From assembly GCF_009914755.1 (NCBI RefSeq), contig NC_060925.1: DNA of 64,000 nucleotides. The stretch is one strand, 5' to 3'. Below are positions 40,371 to 54,065 of the stretch, piece by piece (position 1 is the stretch's first letter; every line of letters starts with the position of its first letter). This stretch comes from the human T2T-CHM13v2.0 reference genome, Homo sapiens. The notes under the pieces are model-generated. The model saw only the letters and a list, made by a program, of their open reading frames with translations. It was not told the origin of the DNA and did not search any database. The translations under genes and the position numbers were made by a program.

Positions 40371-43300
40371 AAAAATATATTTCTCAGTACTCCTGTTATA
40401 TTAAAATAGGAAGGCAAATAGGAGGCTCATTAAGCCATTCAAATGATTACTACATGAGTCAGGCAACTGTGCTGGACATCAGTCTTACCATCTAAAGTCA
40501 CTCTAAAGCTCTACTGTCATTTACTTTCAACATTTTAGGATAACAGCATCATATGTTCTATAAAATTTACAGTTACTGTCTTTGTTCTTGCAACTATTGA
40601 TTGTTACTAAGTCTTAAGTACCAGGCTAAGTCTATTACATATAGAATATTATTTAAACCTCACAACATATCTTCAAAGATGCCAACTTAGATGGTACCTA
40701 GAGGTGAATTAGCCATCACTGTCCCACCTCTGAGTCTCCTTAAAACAAGGACTGCTCTCTTAATCCCCACTCTAGTTTCTTGTCAAGACTAACTAGGGCA
40801 GTTTTCCAGTTGGTGCCTCTGGAAATATTGGACATCCTGATTTTTCAGCTGTCTGGAATTGATGGAAAATGTAGTTTCAAGCCAGGGAAGATAATAGAGC
40901 GTAGGGGTTAGAAGCAGAAGCTTTGCAATCGGACAGATCTGAGTTGGAGTCCTGACTCTACTCTTTACTAGCTATGTGACCTTGAGAAAGTTCTTTAACA
41001 TGTAGTCAGCCAACCTTTCATTCATTCCAAAAATATTTACAAGCATCTGTGCAATTCCAGGCTCTGTTCTAGGCTCTGGGGAGACAGCTGGTAATGAAAG
41101 AGACTGCAGTCTCTGCTCACATGAGCTTTACATTCAGTGGTTTTATGACTTCTTTATAGGATTGTGGGGAGCTTAATTGGGATAACATAGGTAAAATGCT
41201 TAGTGTAGTGCCACTGGAACATATTTGAAAAGGAATAATGTCAGGGAAAATGCAGACACCTTCCTGAATTTTATATTGTTTTCAGACATCTTTTGCCTGA
41301 CAATAGTGTAGAGGAGTTGCCTTCCAGAATAGCAGTGATTTTTGGAATAACTGATCTGAGGATTGTTCTTCCTTGGCCTCTTTTCAAAGGTGACCAAAAG
41401 ATGGAAACATACCTAGGATCTTTTATTATAGCAATTTAAAAATATTTATGATAGCTTGTAGAATAATTTGAGAGTAAATTTCATATACGCCTCAACCAAG
41501 GAGCCAGCATTACTGGTCATTTAATTGTCCATCCTTCATTGTTTATCTCAATTCTTCAGAAAAATATTCTAGACAAGACTGAAGGTCAGCATTTCATCTT
41601 TAAGCTTATTCTAAACCTAAATATTATTGCCCTAAATCTGACTGTACATATAAGAGTAATAAAGGTATTAAGTGGATAAAGAAGATTAATATGGAATGAA
41701 CCTCTCTATAATTCAAAACAGAAACTACCAATATCTGTAAATTCATACTCTATCTTCCTTCCTTTCACAGTGTACAGACATTACCTTTATCCTATAAAAA
41801 ATCAGCCCCTCAGATCTTATTCCACTTCTTATCTGCATTATATCCATTTCCTTGGTCATTTGTTTCTCCCCACTAGACTATAAGCTTCTTAAGGGCAGGT
41901 GCCATGTTTCACATCTTTATGTATTTTGTTCATATCCTAATGCCTGGCATAGAGTTGGTTTTCGATGTGTGTTTATTGAATTGACTTGAAATGACATAGA
42001 TTTCCTCTCAAATAATAGACTAATAGATTATTGGCAGGCTAAAATCAAATTCTTCTAACTCTTTCATCTGTTGATTTTATAAAGATTTCTAAAAACATCA
42101 AAATGATGGTAAATTTATTTTAAAACACTTTGAATGAAATTTAGCTAAATCAATCCAAAGGCTTAAGTTTAGATAGCCTCACAAAGATGTCATCTCAAAC
42201 AATGAATTTATCATAGATTCCAGTGAAGAAACATTATTACAAAATCAGAAGTAGTACCTGCCTAATAATGTATATAATTCCACATTAAACGGTTTAAAAT
42301 GTGCTCTTATTAACTACCACCTCTTTTTTTAGCTTATTTATTTAAACAACTTGACATAAGTATTATTAGATAATCTGATTGCACATTCTCTGGTTATAAC
42401 AAACAGGAGGACAGACATTATCTTTTATTTGAGTACATATTTTTATAATTTTCAATTGGATGTGAATATATAAAGAGGCTTTAAAAGCTGCTGAAACTTT
42501 TGGTTATTTCAGGAAGATTAGTGGAGAATTAATAAGAAAGGAAAAGTTAAAATTTAATCTGGAAAACTTGGGGGCAGGTGTATGCGCTAAAGAATTGGGG
42601 GATAAGGGTCACTCAACAAATATTTATTGAGCACTTACTATGTGCGAGCCACTATCCGAGTCTTTTAGATACAGAGAACCCTGCTCTTGCAGAGCTGACA
42701 TTTAAGTTGGGAGAACATTCATTCAAAGAGATTCTAGTAATAATGACTTTCAAAAGGAACCATTGGATCTCCATTTCTTAGCTTCCTGGAGCTTCTTCGC
42801 CCTGTTGAAATGTGAACAGTCCCTTTCTACCTATAAACCCCACAGATTCAGAGAAATTAAAAAGGAAAAGCATGGTCTAGCACAAAACAGGTGCTGTTAT
42901 AACCTTCCCGGGGTGCAGAGCACCTACTTGTCTTGAGAGGCTACTCAAGTAACTTCCCTGAACAGAAAAATGTTTCAAGGCAATTCTCTCTGTCTATACT
43001 AGAATTGACTGGCAACATCCCTGATACAATAAATAATAATATATAGAAGAAAATAAATGCTTCTGTTTCCACAGGCATCTCTATAACATATCTGTCTCAA
43101 AAAGATCACAGCAAAAAATAAAGGAGATAATGTAAAGTGTCTAGCATGGTGCCTGGCAAGAGGTTAGCACTAAACACTTAAACATGCACGCACACACAGT
43201 CTTCCTCAGCTGCAATGAGAAATATACGGGCCCTGCCTCTGACAGAGAATGTAAATCAGGCTCCTAATTATTCAGCAGAGGCAGTGGGCTCCACCTCCTG

Positions 43301-44951
43301 CACATCTGGTGTGTGTAAAGCATGTGAATCCCTCTTTAATCAGCAACTCAGAATAATGGCATTTCCAACCCTCATCAGAGAATTCAACCAGGAATTGATT
43401 GTGATGAAGCTCTTGCCAAATGCTTGCTGGGACAGTTGATATTTGAGAGAAACTGCCTAATGAATTTGTTATCTGTATGCATTATTTTTCTAGGCTTTTT
43501 ATTTGAATTAAGAAATCATGAGGAAAACTTACCTGGACTATATTATTGCTAATCTGTATAAAATACTTTGTTGAATTGACATGTGCTGCTTCTTTACATA
43601 CTTTTTAGCCAATCTGTATTAAAAATATCTGCCTAGCATGGGGCCTGGTCCATGGTAGGTTCTTAATAAGTGTTTGAATATTGAAGGAATGAATCTGCTT
43701 GAATAGATTCATGGTTTTTCTTCCTTCGATACAGCCATAAGTGAAAATAACAACCATTAGAATTTGCTTTTTATTCCTTCTCCTTCTGGGGAACTGCTCT
43801 TCATCCTTCATGTCTTAGCTGGATATCACCTTCTTTTTGGTCCACCCCTCTGACCCCTACCCCACTTTACTTTCTTCTTCAGGCAGGGTTCTAAGTTCTT
43901 CCCACCCTGCTCCCACCTCTGGCTTTGCACCTATCACATGTTTTTATAATTGTTTGCACTTATGTCTCCTTGTTGGACAGGGCAGCACTTCAGGGCATGA
44001 CTGTGTCTTTTTCATTTTTGTAACTGCAGTGTATGGCACAAGGCCTGGCCCAGAGTAGATTAATAAATGTTTAAATGTTTATACACCAACTGAACATTTC
44101 TTCCTCGAATTCAGCAACAGGAAAAAGTGATATTTTCAATGAATTTTTATTTAGTTTCTGCTTTATGCAAAACACTTTCCTGATATTATAAGATCTTTGT
44201 GGTCCCTACCACTCAGGAGTTCTCCATCAGGTGAGGGAGACAGACATATCCATAAGCACATTCAAGGTTACCTGGATTCAGTGTTCTAATAGCAGTACAG
44301 AGACAGTGCTCAGTGGAGTAGGAGGGATGAAAGAGATTAATTCCAACACAGAAATAAAGGAGGCTTATAGCTTGAGGTTGACTTTGAATGGGTAGAATTT
44401 TAACAGACATGTATGAGGATGGGAAGCAGATGCCAGGAAGAGAAAAATGCTGTCTTCCTTTACTTGTTTTTAAATGTATTATCTATTCATCCATTCATCC
44501 TGCAGACTTTAATGAAGGACTCTGAGGTTTCCAAATGTACAGACTGTATTTTAATAGTTGTATCCATGAATGCCTAGCATGACCCTGATATATGGTAATT
44601 TTCCAGTAGATGCTTGTTGGAGACTAAAGTTTGTGAGTATAGAAGTAAATAAGACTGGAAAAGATGGTTGAAACCAAATTGGAAAGAACATAGTTCTGTT
44701 TATTGTAGGTGGTCATTGAAAGTTCTTGAGTTGGGGAGGAGTGCAATCAGACCTGGTTATATGTGAAGGATGGATTGTAGGAGAAATAACTAGAGATAAG
44801 ACAAACAGCTAGATGATAGTTTAAAGGTATAGGTGAGAGTCAATAAGGATGTGAATTAAGCAGTAGAAGTGGAAGGGGCAAAGTAGGGATGAGGAACTTC
44901 TGGTATGAGTTGACGTTTCTCCTACATCTCTTTAAAAATCACCCCAAAGCC

Positions 44952-45271
<320 letters not shown>

Positions 45272-45510
45272 CTAGAACAGGACATACACTCCAACACTGG
45301 TGAAACTAGGAAAACATATGTAACCCCAAACCACAATATATACACACAAAACTATACGAGATGTTGGGAATTGATTTAGCAGATCACAGAAAGCTTAAAA
45401 AGATGAAAGCTAAGTGTTTGTGGATAGTATACCAGTGAGAAGCAACTTTATTCATTCTGAAGAGCCACAGACAGACCAAAAAACTAAGGACACCAGGTGC
45501 TGTGGAAGGT

Positions 45511-45881
45511 TGTCTCAGTCAGTTTGGGCTGCTCTAATGAAGTTCCATGGACTGGGTGTCTTATAAACAACAGAAATTTATTTCCCATAGTCCCGAAGCC
45601 TGGGAGTCTGAGATCAGGGTGCCAGCATGGTTGGGTTCTGGTGAGGGCCTCCTTCCAGGTTGCAGACTGCCACCTTCTCCTGTATCCTCACATGGTGTGA
45701 AGGGAATGAGAAAACTCTCTAAGGTCCCCGTTATAAGGGCACTAATCCCACTCATTAGGGTTCAGCACTCATGACCTAGTTACCTCTCAAAGTCCTTACC
45801 TGTTAATACCATCGATACTAGGGGTTAGAATTTCAACAAATAAATTTTGAGGGAACAGACACACACATTCAGTCTATAGCA
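45511..45881 (-). mobile_element. MLT1A/MLT1A0-like MaLR solo LTR
   Basis: tgtctcagtcagtttgggctgct...gactgggtgtcttataaacaacagaaattta...acattcagtctatagca. Confidence 0.85.
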
Positions 45882-47161
45882 AAGGTGGAAGTGTGGTATA
45901 GTTGAAAACAGAGGAATTGGGTGAAAGTCTACAAAACAGTCAGTTCGACCTCCAGACCTCCACCCTGGACATCCAGGTAACTGTCCCTCTCTTATGGCGG
46001 GAGAGGAGAGATTTATTCTATGAAGCAGCTGAACCAGAGTGCTTCTGAATTCAGAGATACAAGGTATGGCAGAGAGCTTGGATGAGGTAACCAACTCAAA
46101 AGAGAGGGGTCACGTGAAAGGCTGCATCCTGAATGATAAGGCACTCAGCTCCCTTTCCCTACCCTAGCAAAGGCCATCTACTACACTTAAACCTCAATGG
46201 AAAAGACTGGTGCCTCCTCCTCTGGGGATCACAGTGGCCAGGGAGAAAGAGGAAAGGGAATACAAGCGCATGCACACACACATGTATTTTCCCAAGGAAA
46301 ACATCTATGGGTTGGATTTCAGCAGTATTAAGTCTCACTCAATCACAGAGAGTTTCAGTGTATTACTCTTAGAAATGAATGCAAAGCAGAGTCTGGATTT
46401 TTTAGAAAGGTCTATCACAGAAAAAGCAGAGAGAAAAGAAAAGCTCTCCAAAAAAAAGAAAAAAAAAAAAGCAAACAAAGAACAGAAAAAAACTTACCTT
46501 AAAGCAATAATTAATATCCCCAGAGAGTCAAGGATGCTATAAAAAAGGAATCTGAAGAGAATAAGAAAAAACTCTTATACATTCACAATATAGCAAAAAT
46601 TAAAAATTTAAAAGAAGAACTGGAACATGAAGTTGATGAAGTCTCACTGAAAGTAAAACACAAAGATATGAATAAGAAGAGAAAAAACATAAGGAAAATG
46701 GAGAATTCTAACATCAAACTAATAGACGTTGTAGAAAGCTATAACAGAGAAAAATGAATAAAACAGAATTATCAAATGAATAATTTTATAACATTTTGGA
46801 AAACCAAACTACATAAGCATTTAGAGTAAAAGCCCAAAAAACATTCCCCTAAAATAAACTGTACCAAGATACATCCTTAGGAAATTCAGTACACCAGGAA
46901 CAAAGAAGTAATATAAAGATCTTCCAGAGAGTAAAAAAAGGTCACATACAAAAGTTTAGTAACTAGCAACTACCTTGGAAGACAGAAGACAGTGGAGAAC
47001 TACATTCAGGATTATAAAGAAATAGTATTTCCAGTCTAGGAATAGACAATTAGCTAAACTATCAAGATGCGTAGTGATAAGATACATATATTTTATTATT
47101 TTTTTCTTTTCTTCTTTTTTATTAAGAAACTTTGAAAAGTTGTTTTTTTTTTTTTTCCCCC

Positions 47162-47257
47162 AGGCTAGTCCAGTGAAGCAGTAGGAGTGGAGAAGAAACA
47201 AAGAAATCTGTAACTGGTTGTGATCAGTTAGTTGTAACCACTGCATTTGGACCAGCC
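47162..47257 (-). pseudogene. RNY3P: Y3 RNA (hY3) retropseudogene
   Basis: Reverse complement ggctggtccaaatgcagtggttacaactaactgatcacaaccagttacagatttctttgtttcttctccactcctactgcttcactggactagcct matches hY3 apart from ~6 substitutions and a 3-nt deletion; A-rich tail; TSD-like gata[c/a]atatattt. Confidence 0.93.
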
Positions 47258-47601
47258 AGGATAAATATATTTCAAACGTACAAAAATTTCAACAAACTTA
47301 CTTCCAAGTATCGTGTCTTAAGAAGCTACTCGACAATATGCTCCACCACACCAGGAGAGAGAGAGCGCACGAACGCCAGGAAGGAACAGCTCCAACACAG
47401 GAGAGAGGTGAAGGGAATGCCCAGGCTGGTGGCAAAGGGGATTCTCCATTGGCCTGGAGAGTAACTGGTCCACAGAGCAGGAAGCTGAAAGGCTCAGGAG
47501 AGAAGTCTCTAGGAAAAATAAATGTGGTATATAGGAGACTGTGTTTGAGAAGCTGTTAGAGGAAAAGAGAAGTCTGAGCCAGGCACTGGTACACAGACTA
47601 C

Positions 47602-47992
47602 TGTTAAAAAAAATTTAGACAAATTAAATTTAATAGAGTTTACCTGAGCCAAGGATAATTTGTGAAGCTGGCAGCCTCCTGAATAGGTTTATACATGCTG
47701 GGCACTGTCCTGTGGTTGGACAGGATTATGGACAGAAAAGGGAAAGTAACATATTGAGAATGGAAGTGAGGTACAGTAACGTACAGTAACAGTAGGACTG
47801 GTTACAGCTCAGCATTTGCCTTATTTGAACAGCATTTGAATGGCTGACCATCTGTGATTGGCTGAAACTTGGTGATTGATTACAAATATAGTTTATAGTC
47901 TGTTCAAACATCCAGTTAGGTTACAGTTTACTAAGTACGAAGAAACCTTTAAGCCAAATTTACAAGGAGGCAGCTTTAGGCTAATCTTAACT
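47602..47992 (-). mobile_element. MER57-family (ERV1) LTR
   Basis: Reverse complement matches tagcctaaagctgcctcctt...ctgtaacctaactggatg...ttcaaataaggcaaatgctgagctgtaacca. Confidence 0.75.
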
Positions 47993-48499
47993 AAAAGTAT
48001 TAAGGAAGTGAAAAAAAAAGGAAAGCAAGTATTAACCATACGAAAAAACTAAAGCTGAACAAGAAGGCAGCCATAATAATAGTGTTTACACTAAAAGCTT
48101 AGTCTTCACCACTATGCAAAATATCAATGTAACAAAACTGCACTGTACCCACTAAATTTATACAAATAAAAAAAGATATAGGGATGGGAGAAATAAAAGA
48201 CAACATATTAAAAGATAGCATACTACTTGATTCAGCAATAAATAGTGTTTACATGGTCTTAATAAGGTAAACTTTAAATATTGATCAAACAAAATTGTGA
48301 TGTTACTATCTAGAGAGGATAAAAGAGAAGTCACAAGAAGGGATTGGAGCGAGTTTGAGAGAGCTAAGTAATCATCCATTAGGAAGCCAATACCTCACTG
48401 ATACTGGGGAATCAAATGAAAGCTGCACAAGCTTATTATTTAGAATCATGAAGATAAATACTAGACCAAATAGCCAAGAGAATTGAAAGTGGTGACAAC

Positions 48500-48645
48500 T
48501 TGGCTAGGCTACTGAATATGATGGTGAGAGTTGTGCAATGCACAACCCCCCAGGGCAGTATTCCCATTATAGAGTATTTGAATGGTGCCTCCCCAACCAA
48601 AGTTGAGCTTTGCACAACCTGCCCAGCCTTACACAACAGCTCTGC
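48500..48645. mobile_element. MER91-like hAT MITE
   Basis: ttgtgcaatgcacaacc...gaatggtgcctcccc...tgcacaacctgcccagccttacacaacagctctg. Confidence 0.5.
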
Positions 48646-51449
48646 CTCTTGTGGGCAAGGACCAGTGTTGGGACAGGTTGATGTGAGACTGGGACGGCTC
48701 TATTCAGTTGTAAACATTATAGCACTATTTGTCTTTTAAAATTATGTGTTTGATTTTTAAAAAATCTAAAGTAGAAAAGGGAGAAGACGAATTTTAGACA
48801 TCTGAGATAGACCCCTTGGGATTCGGCAGCCTCTGAGGGATAGGCAGTTGGAAACAAGACAATGCAGAGAGCTGAGAATAATCAGTTAATTTGAGAGAGA
48901 AAAAAAAACAAAAACAAAAAACGGAGAAAGTTAGTATCATAGAAGTAAAAAAGAGATCTTCCAGCAGGAGGTAATGGCAACAGCGCCACATGCTGGTAAG
49001 TAGGAAATTATTCAGGCACTGGATCTCAGCTCCATCACTGAACTGTTGTTTCCTCATCTAAACAATGGTGTAATGATATCAACTTCACAATACCCTTTTA
49101 TTGCTGCTTTTATGAGATGAAAGAGTGACCAAGTTGCTGCAGTAAGACATCCTTTTCAGCACCCAGTTTTGCGTCTTGACTATACTTTCCTCAAACTAAA
49201 TATTGTTTAGGGAAAGGGTTATGTTAATGAAAATTCATTTTATTATCAAAATTATATAACTTCTTTCCAAGATCCTGGGAAAGATGTTTTCTCTTTTTAA
49301 TTTGGCTGAGATTAGGCTTCAGTTCCTTGAAACAGAGAGGTGCAGTTGAGATTCTGGAGGCTGTTGGAGAATCCCATGGAAATTCTTTTTCCTTGAGAAA
49401 TATCTGTAGGGGACTGTCAGCCTCTTGCTGGATGGGTGAAATAATCTCTTTCCTGCCGCAGGACTCAAACTACAAGATGAGCTTCCCTTCTCCAGTGAGT
49501 GGACACATAACAGAGACATTAAAGTGATGCTGTCTCAACTCAGCCCAGGCCTGACTTTCAGACAACACACATTGGATCTTAAGCCTAGAGGCATCTAGCC
49601 TAGAGCCTGAGCCCAAGAAAAAAACTGAAGAGTCTCTGAGAGGAGAAAAAATCTGGAGTAGAGTGCTGTTCCAACGTCACCAAAATCCCTGTCCTCTTCT
49701 CGCTAAAGCAAGAGGTCTCCCTACAGTGACAAGTCCCCATAAAACCATGAGGGCTGTTGAGTTGCCTTTGTTCTGATATCTCCCAGCCTCGGTTTAACAG
49801 TAATGACAACAACGACAATTTTACAGAGCGTACTATATGCCAGGTACTGTTCTTAGCACTTTACTTATGTTAACTTTTGTACAGATGAGAAAAATGAGGC
49901 CCAAAGGGGTTAAACAACTTGCTAATATTAGAGACAGTCCAAATATTAAAGGAGGTCCCTGAACACTGGCATCTCTACCATGTCTTTAAGATCCTCAGCA
50001 TCCATTTGAGAGGTGGAAGTTTCTCCCCTCCTCAAAAACCTGCAGTGAGTTCCACCAAATTTTAGCATAGAGAGTATCCAGACTTCTTACCTTGGCTTTC
50101 AGAGTTCTTTATGACGCCTAACTTCACCTCCACTATTCTTATCACATTCCGGGAGTGCCTGCTACAATGAGCTTCTCATATGCCAAAAAGAGTGGCATAT
50201 GCTCTGTAAGGCTGAGGAGAGAGTTTTTTGGGAAAGAGAGCATTTCAGGATCAAACATGTCATACCACACCTGCACCTACCCACTTGCTTGAGCCCAGCC
50301 CTCTCAGTTCTATTTCACCCAGACCCCAGGGAGCTTAATGCTTGAGTAAGGAGTTGGTGGACTAGGTGACCTTTGGGGTTCCATCTGGACTAAAAATAGA
50401 ACAGCAGGCTTTCTATGTTCACTTCTGCCCATGTCTGTGGACAGTCCTGGATGGAGTAAGGATCGCTTTCTTTATATATCACCTAAAGACCAAGACATTT
50501 CTCTCTAAAAGCCTTCCAGCCCTCAGAAGTCCATATACACAATCTCTCTCTCAGACTAAGGGAGGTACGTAGGGGCCAGTGAAGGAATGAAGCAGAGTGA
50601 AGCTCTTAGGGATGGTGTACTCCTCAAGAACTTTTATACAGACTGAATCTGTACTGGCCAAACTGACCTCTCTTTTTTTGTTCAACCACAGTGGATCACT
50701 TGGTCTTTTTAAATATTTGAAGCACTTTCAACATTCAATGTCTTCTGTCAATTTCTTCCTTTTGCCTGAAGTGCCCTTTTCCTTTGGTTTTCTTGGCAAA
50801 CTTCTGCCCTTTCTTCAAGGTTCAGCTTAAATATCACCTTCTCTGAGAAATGTCTTCTGGACCAGTTAGACAGTAAACCATGCTGGAGGCAGCAGTGGCA
50901 TCTCGTCGTGAAAGTGAGTAGCCTTCCCAGATGTGTATGTCAAAAGAAGGCTGCTCTACATTAGGTAGAAAATGAGCCAAGGGAACATTTGTGGGGATAG
51001 CCACAGCACCCCCACACTCCTAACAAGACGCAGTTAGGGTTCCAATTGAACCACTGATTGGTGATCAAAGACTCAATGCCATTGAGCATGGCCACAATAA
51101 ATTTAGCAGGAGAAAAACAAAGCAGGTAAAACTCTAACCTCAGCCCTAACAATTCTCAGTAGGACATTCACATAACACTTAACCTTGAGCAATTAACCCT
51201 TTTTTGGTGCGTCCTTCAAGGTTAACTGATTGTTGCATATATGCATCAGCAATGGAAGAATTAACTTGCCACATATGGTTAATCAGATGCAGTCAAATGT
51301 TAGAGGATTTCTGTCAAAACCAGTGACTTTTGTTACAGAACAGGTGAGCTACGTCTCTTTTGTAAGTCTATAATTATATCTATAATTAGATAAGGAGAAC
51401 AATAATCTTTTAAGGCTATTTCTAATTCAGGACAGTAATGCCATTTAAA

Positions 51450-52264
51450 AATTGTTAATTGTGGTAAAATACATGTAACACAAAATTTACAATCTTAAGC
51501 ATCTTTAAGTGTATAGTTTAGGAGTATTAAGTACATTCACATTGTTGTGCAATCATCACCCTCTCCAGAACTTTCCATCTTGCAAAACTGAAACTCTGTG
51601 CCCATTCAGCAATAACTCTCAATTCCCATTTCTCCTACCCCCGGCAACTATTTTTCTACTTTTTGTCTCCGTGAACTTGACCATAAATACCTCATATAAG
51701 TTGAAGTACCTCATATAAGTGGAATCATGCAGCTTTTGTCTTTTTGTGACTGTCTTACTTCACTTAGCATGCCTTCAACGTTCATCCATGTTGTAGCATA
51801 TGTCAGGATTTTCTTCCTTTTTAAAGCTGAATAATATTCTATTGTAGCTGTATACTACATTTTGTTTATTCATTCATCCATCAATGGACACTTGGATTGC
51901 TTCCACCTTTTGACAACTGTGTATAACATTGCTGTGAACCTGAATGTACGCATTTCTGTTTGGGTCTCTGATTTTGATTCTTCTATATATATATATACAC
52001 AGAAGTGGAATTGCTGGATCATAGGTATTTCTATTTTTTATATTTTGAGGAACTGTCATACTGTTTTCCATAGAAGACTCACCATTTTACATTCCCACCA
52101 ACAGAGAACAAGCGTTCCAACTTCTTCCCATCCTCATCGACGCTTGTTATTTTCTGTTTTGTTTTAATTTTGGTAGTAACTATCCCAATGGTTGTGATGT
52201 GGTATCTCATTGAGGCTTTGATTTGCATTTTTGTAATGATTATTGATGTTGAGCATCTTTTCAC
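51450..52264 (-). mobile_element. L1MB 3' fragment
   Basis: gtggtaaaatacatgtaacacaaaatttac...ttcatccatgttgtagcatatgtcagg...gaagtggaattgctggatcatagg...gatgttgagcatcttttc; ORF 51874-52071 is L1 ORF2 C-terminal-like (YDPAIPLL). Confidence 0.88.
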
Positions 52265-52899
52265 CATTTAAACATAAGAGAATGCTTTGCATGCTCATTT
52301 TTGTAATGGGAATGTGTGCGTTACACCAGGGTTGTCAAGTCATTTACAATTTTTAATAAAGTTCTAAACACATCCCTGTTTATCTTGCCTGACTTGGATT
52401 ATGCTAATAGAATCATCAAAATTACATTCTAACTTCTCAATTCTTTGGTCAGTCAAAGGTGTGTTCTGCATAAGCATCAACAATCGGGGTCAATATCAAG
52501 ATTATATAACTTTTCTCATCACCAATTCCTATCCATAGAGTATACACAGGCACACTTGATTCTCTCCTATGGCTTTCAGAGGTTTTTTTTTTTGGTGGGG
52601 GGGCAATCAGAAGTCTATGATAAATGCATTTGAAAATTCCTGCATGGCCTCTTCTTGTTTCTGCTTTACATGTTTCTTCTCTGTCAAGCAAGGCACCAGG
52701 AGAGTAAATCCTGTATTTGCTAGAGCAGCGTGTGAATAAAATCATTTTAAGGTAATGGCAATTCATTCAGAGGAGATAAGAGGACAAACCTGTCCTTTGA
52801 GGCATTCAAGGTTTAAAAGGATCTTTGATAGTAACAGCTCAAATAGAGCTAAAAAAAGAAAAACTGGCACATTTGTTATCAGTCCCTTAACTTCCTCAG

Positions 52900-53281
52900 C
52901 ATAATCATAAGGCCAGATGGGCTCCAGAGAAGCTATGCAAAGATAAGTAATGGAGAAAATGTATATTTTTTGCTCAGACCATGGCAAAAGTGGCTAACCA
53001 GAATATAAAGTAGACAATTTAGGTAGAAACGCAAGTCAAGTTCTCCTGAGATTTATTCCATGTACTGCTGTTTATTACCGCTGTATTCTGAGGAAAGTAA
53101 GGCTGGCAATATCTTTTTTTCCATTTAGGTTAATCAATCTATCTGTGAAAGAATTGTCTATGGGAATCCACTCATTCCCTAAAAGCTTGAAACAAGAGCT
53201 CATGGAATTCCTGCCAATCCTAGTGTTTAGATCTCCAGCGATGTTATTTGAACCTGGAAAATAAATACCAATTATCATCAA
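52900..53281 (-). mobile_element. Fossil APE-type endonuclease domain of an ancient non-LTR retrotransposon (RTE-X/L4- or CR1/L2-clade-like)
   Basis: ORF 53075-53281 contains IAGDLNTRIG and SFTDRLINLNGKK; shifted frames continue VINSS...NLTCVST, YILVS and SGAHLAL, the usual order of LINE endonuclease motifs. Confidence 0.55.
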
Positions 53282-53789
53282 ATTGTGTGTCTGAGCAGAC
53301 AGGGTAGTGTGAAGGGTAAAACAGAGTCTTCATGCTGTCAGGAAAATCAGTCAAGGCCAGAAGAACAGTTCCCCATGCTGTGAGCAGAAGCCAGCTGAGA
53401 TGAGGGGGGCTCATCCACTGTTAATACATTTTTTTTTTCTTGACAGCCAAAAAATAAATGGTCTAAACCTGTGATAAAAGAAAGTTCTAAAGTGAAGGGT
53501 GTCCACAGGCACATTAGTTTGAGAAGAACAATGGGCTGACCTTTTCAACTCTTTATTTTTAAGTATGCTTTAGATTATATTCTAGATCCAATTGGAGTTC
53601 ATACACTAACAGTACAGATTCTGCCTTTTTAAGTAGCCCTTGAGTGGTTTCAGTTGCTTTTCTTGACTTGAGCATTTAAAATCCTTCAGCAACGAACCTT
53701 AAAACCCTCAGAAAATCTAATGACAACATCCCTCCTGTAGAGCCTCAGTCAGCCCTGTTTCAAGTGAGGACAAACATTGCCCTGGCCTT

Positions 53790-54065
53790 CAGGTAGAGCT
53801 GCATAACATGGGGATTCACAGGGCAAACACTCTGGAGTCAGAGCCTGTGTTTGCCTCTTGCCTGCCCTGCTTCCTTGTTGTGACACTCCAGGCAGGTTAT
53901 TTAAATTATCTGTACCCTAATTCCCTCATCTGTAAAATGGCAATAAAATTATCATTATACTGACGTGTGTGCTTATGAGGATTACATGTGGTCATTCATA
54001 TAAAGTACTCAGAACCCAGGCTGGTGCATGCTAAATGTTTAATAATTGTTACCTATTATTATTAT
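53790..54065 (+). mobile_element. MIR SINE
   Basis: actctggagtcagagcctgtgtttg...ccctcatctgtaaaatggcaataa...gaggattacatg. Confidence 0.75.

Larger units (their letters stand above)
45900..48770 (+). mobile_element. HAL1-like (ORF1-only L1 derivative) relic hosting the Y3, MER57 and MER91 insertions
   Basis: A-rich ORF1-like region (46500-47340: gaagacagtggag...aaactatca...) followed by HAL1-type ggtgaagggaatgcccagg...actggtcca...ggctcaggag; boundaries approximate. Confidence 0.55.

Noticed and set aside
47162-47257. Functional Y RNA gene
   Set aside because: It has a retroposed tail and TSD, lies inside a TE, has stem mutations, lacks the oligo-T terminator, and shows no evident PSE/TATA promoter
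50990-51070. QWFNWNPNC as a continuation of the ancient LINE ORF2 (WFDxxC motif)
   Set aside because: Weak match, and too far from the endonuclease motifs even after removing the L1MB insertion
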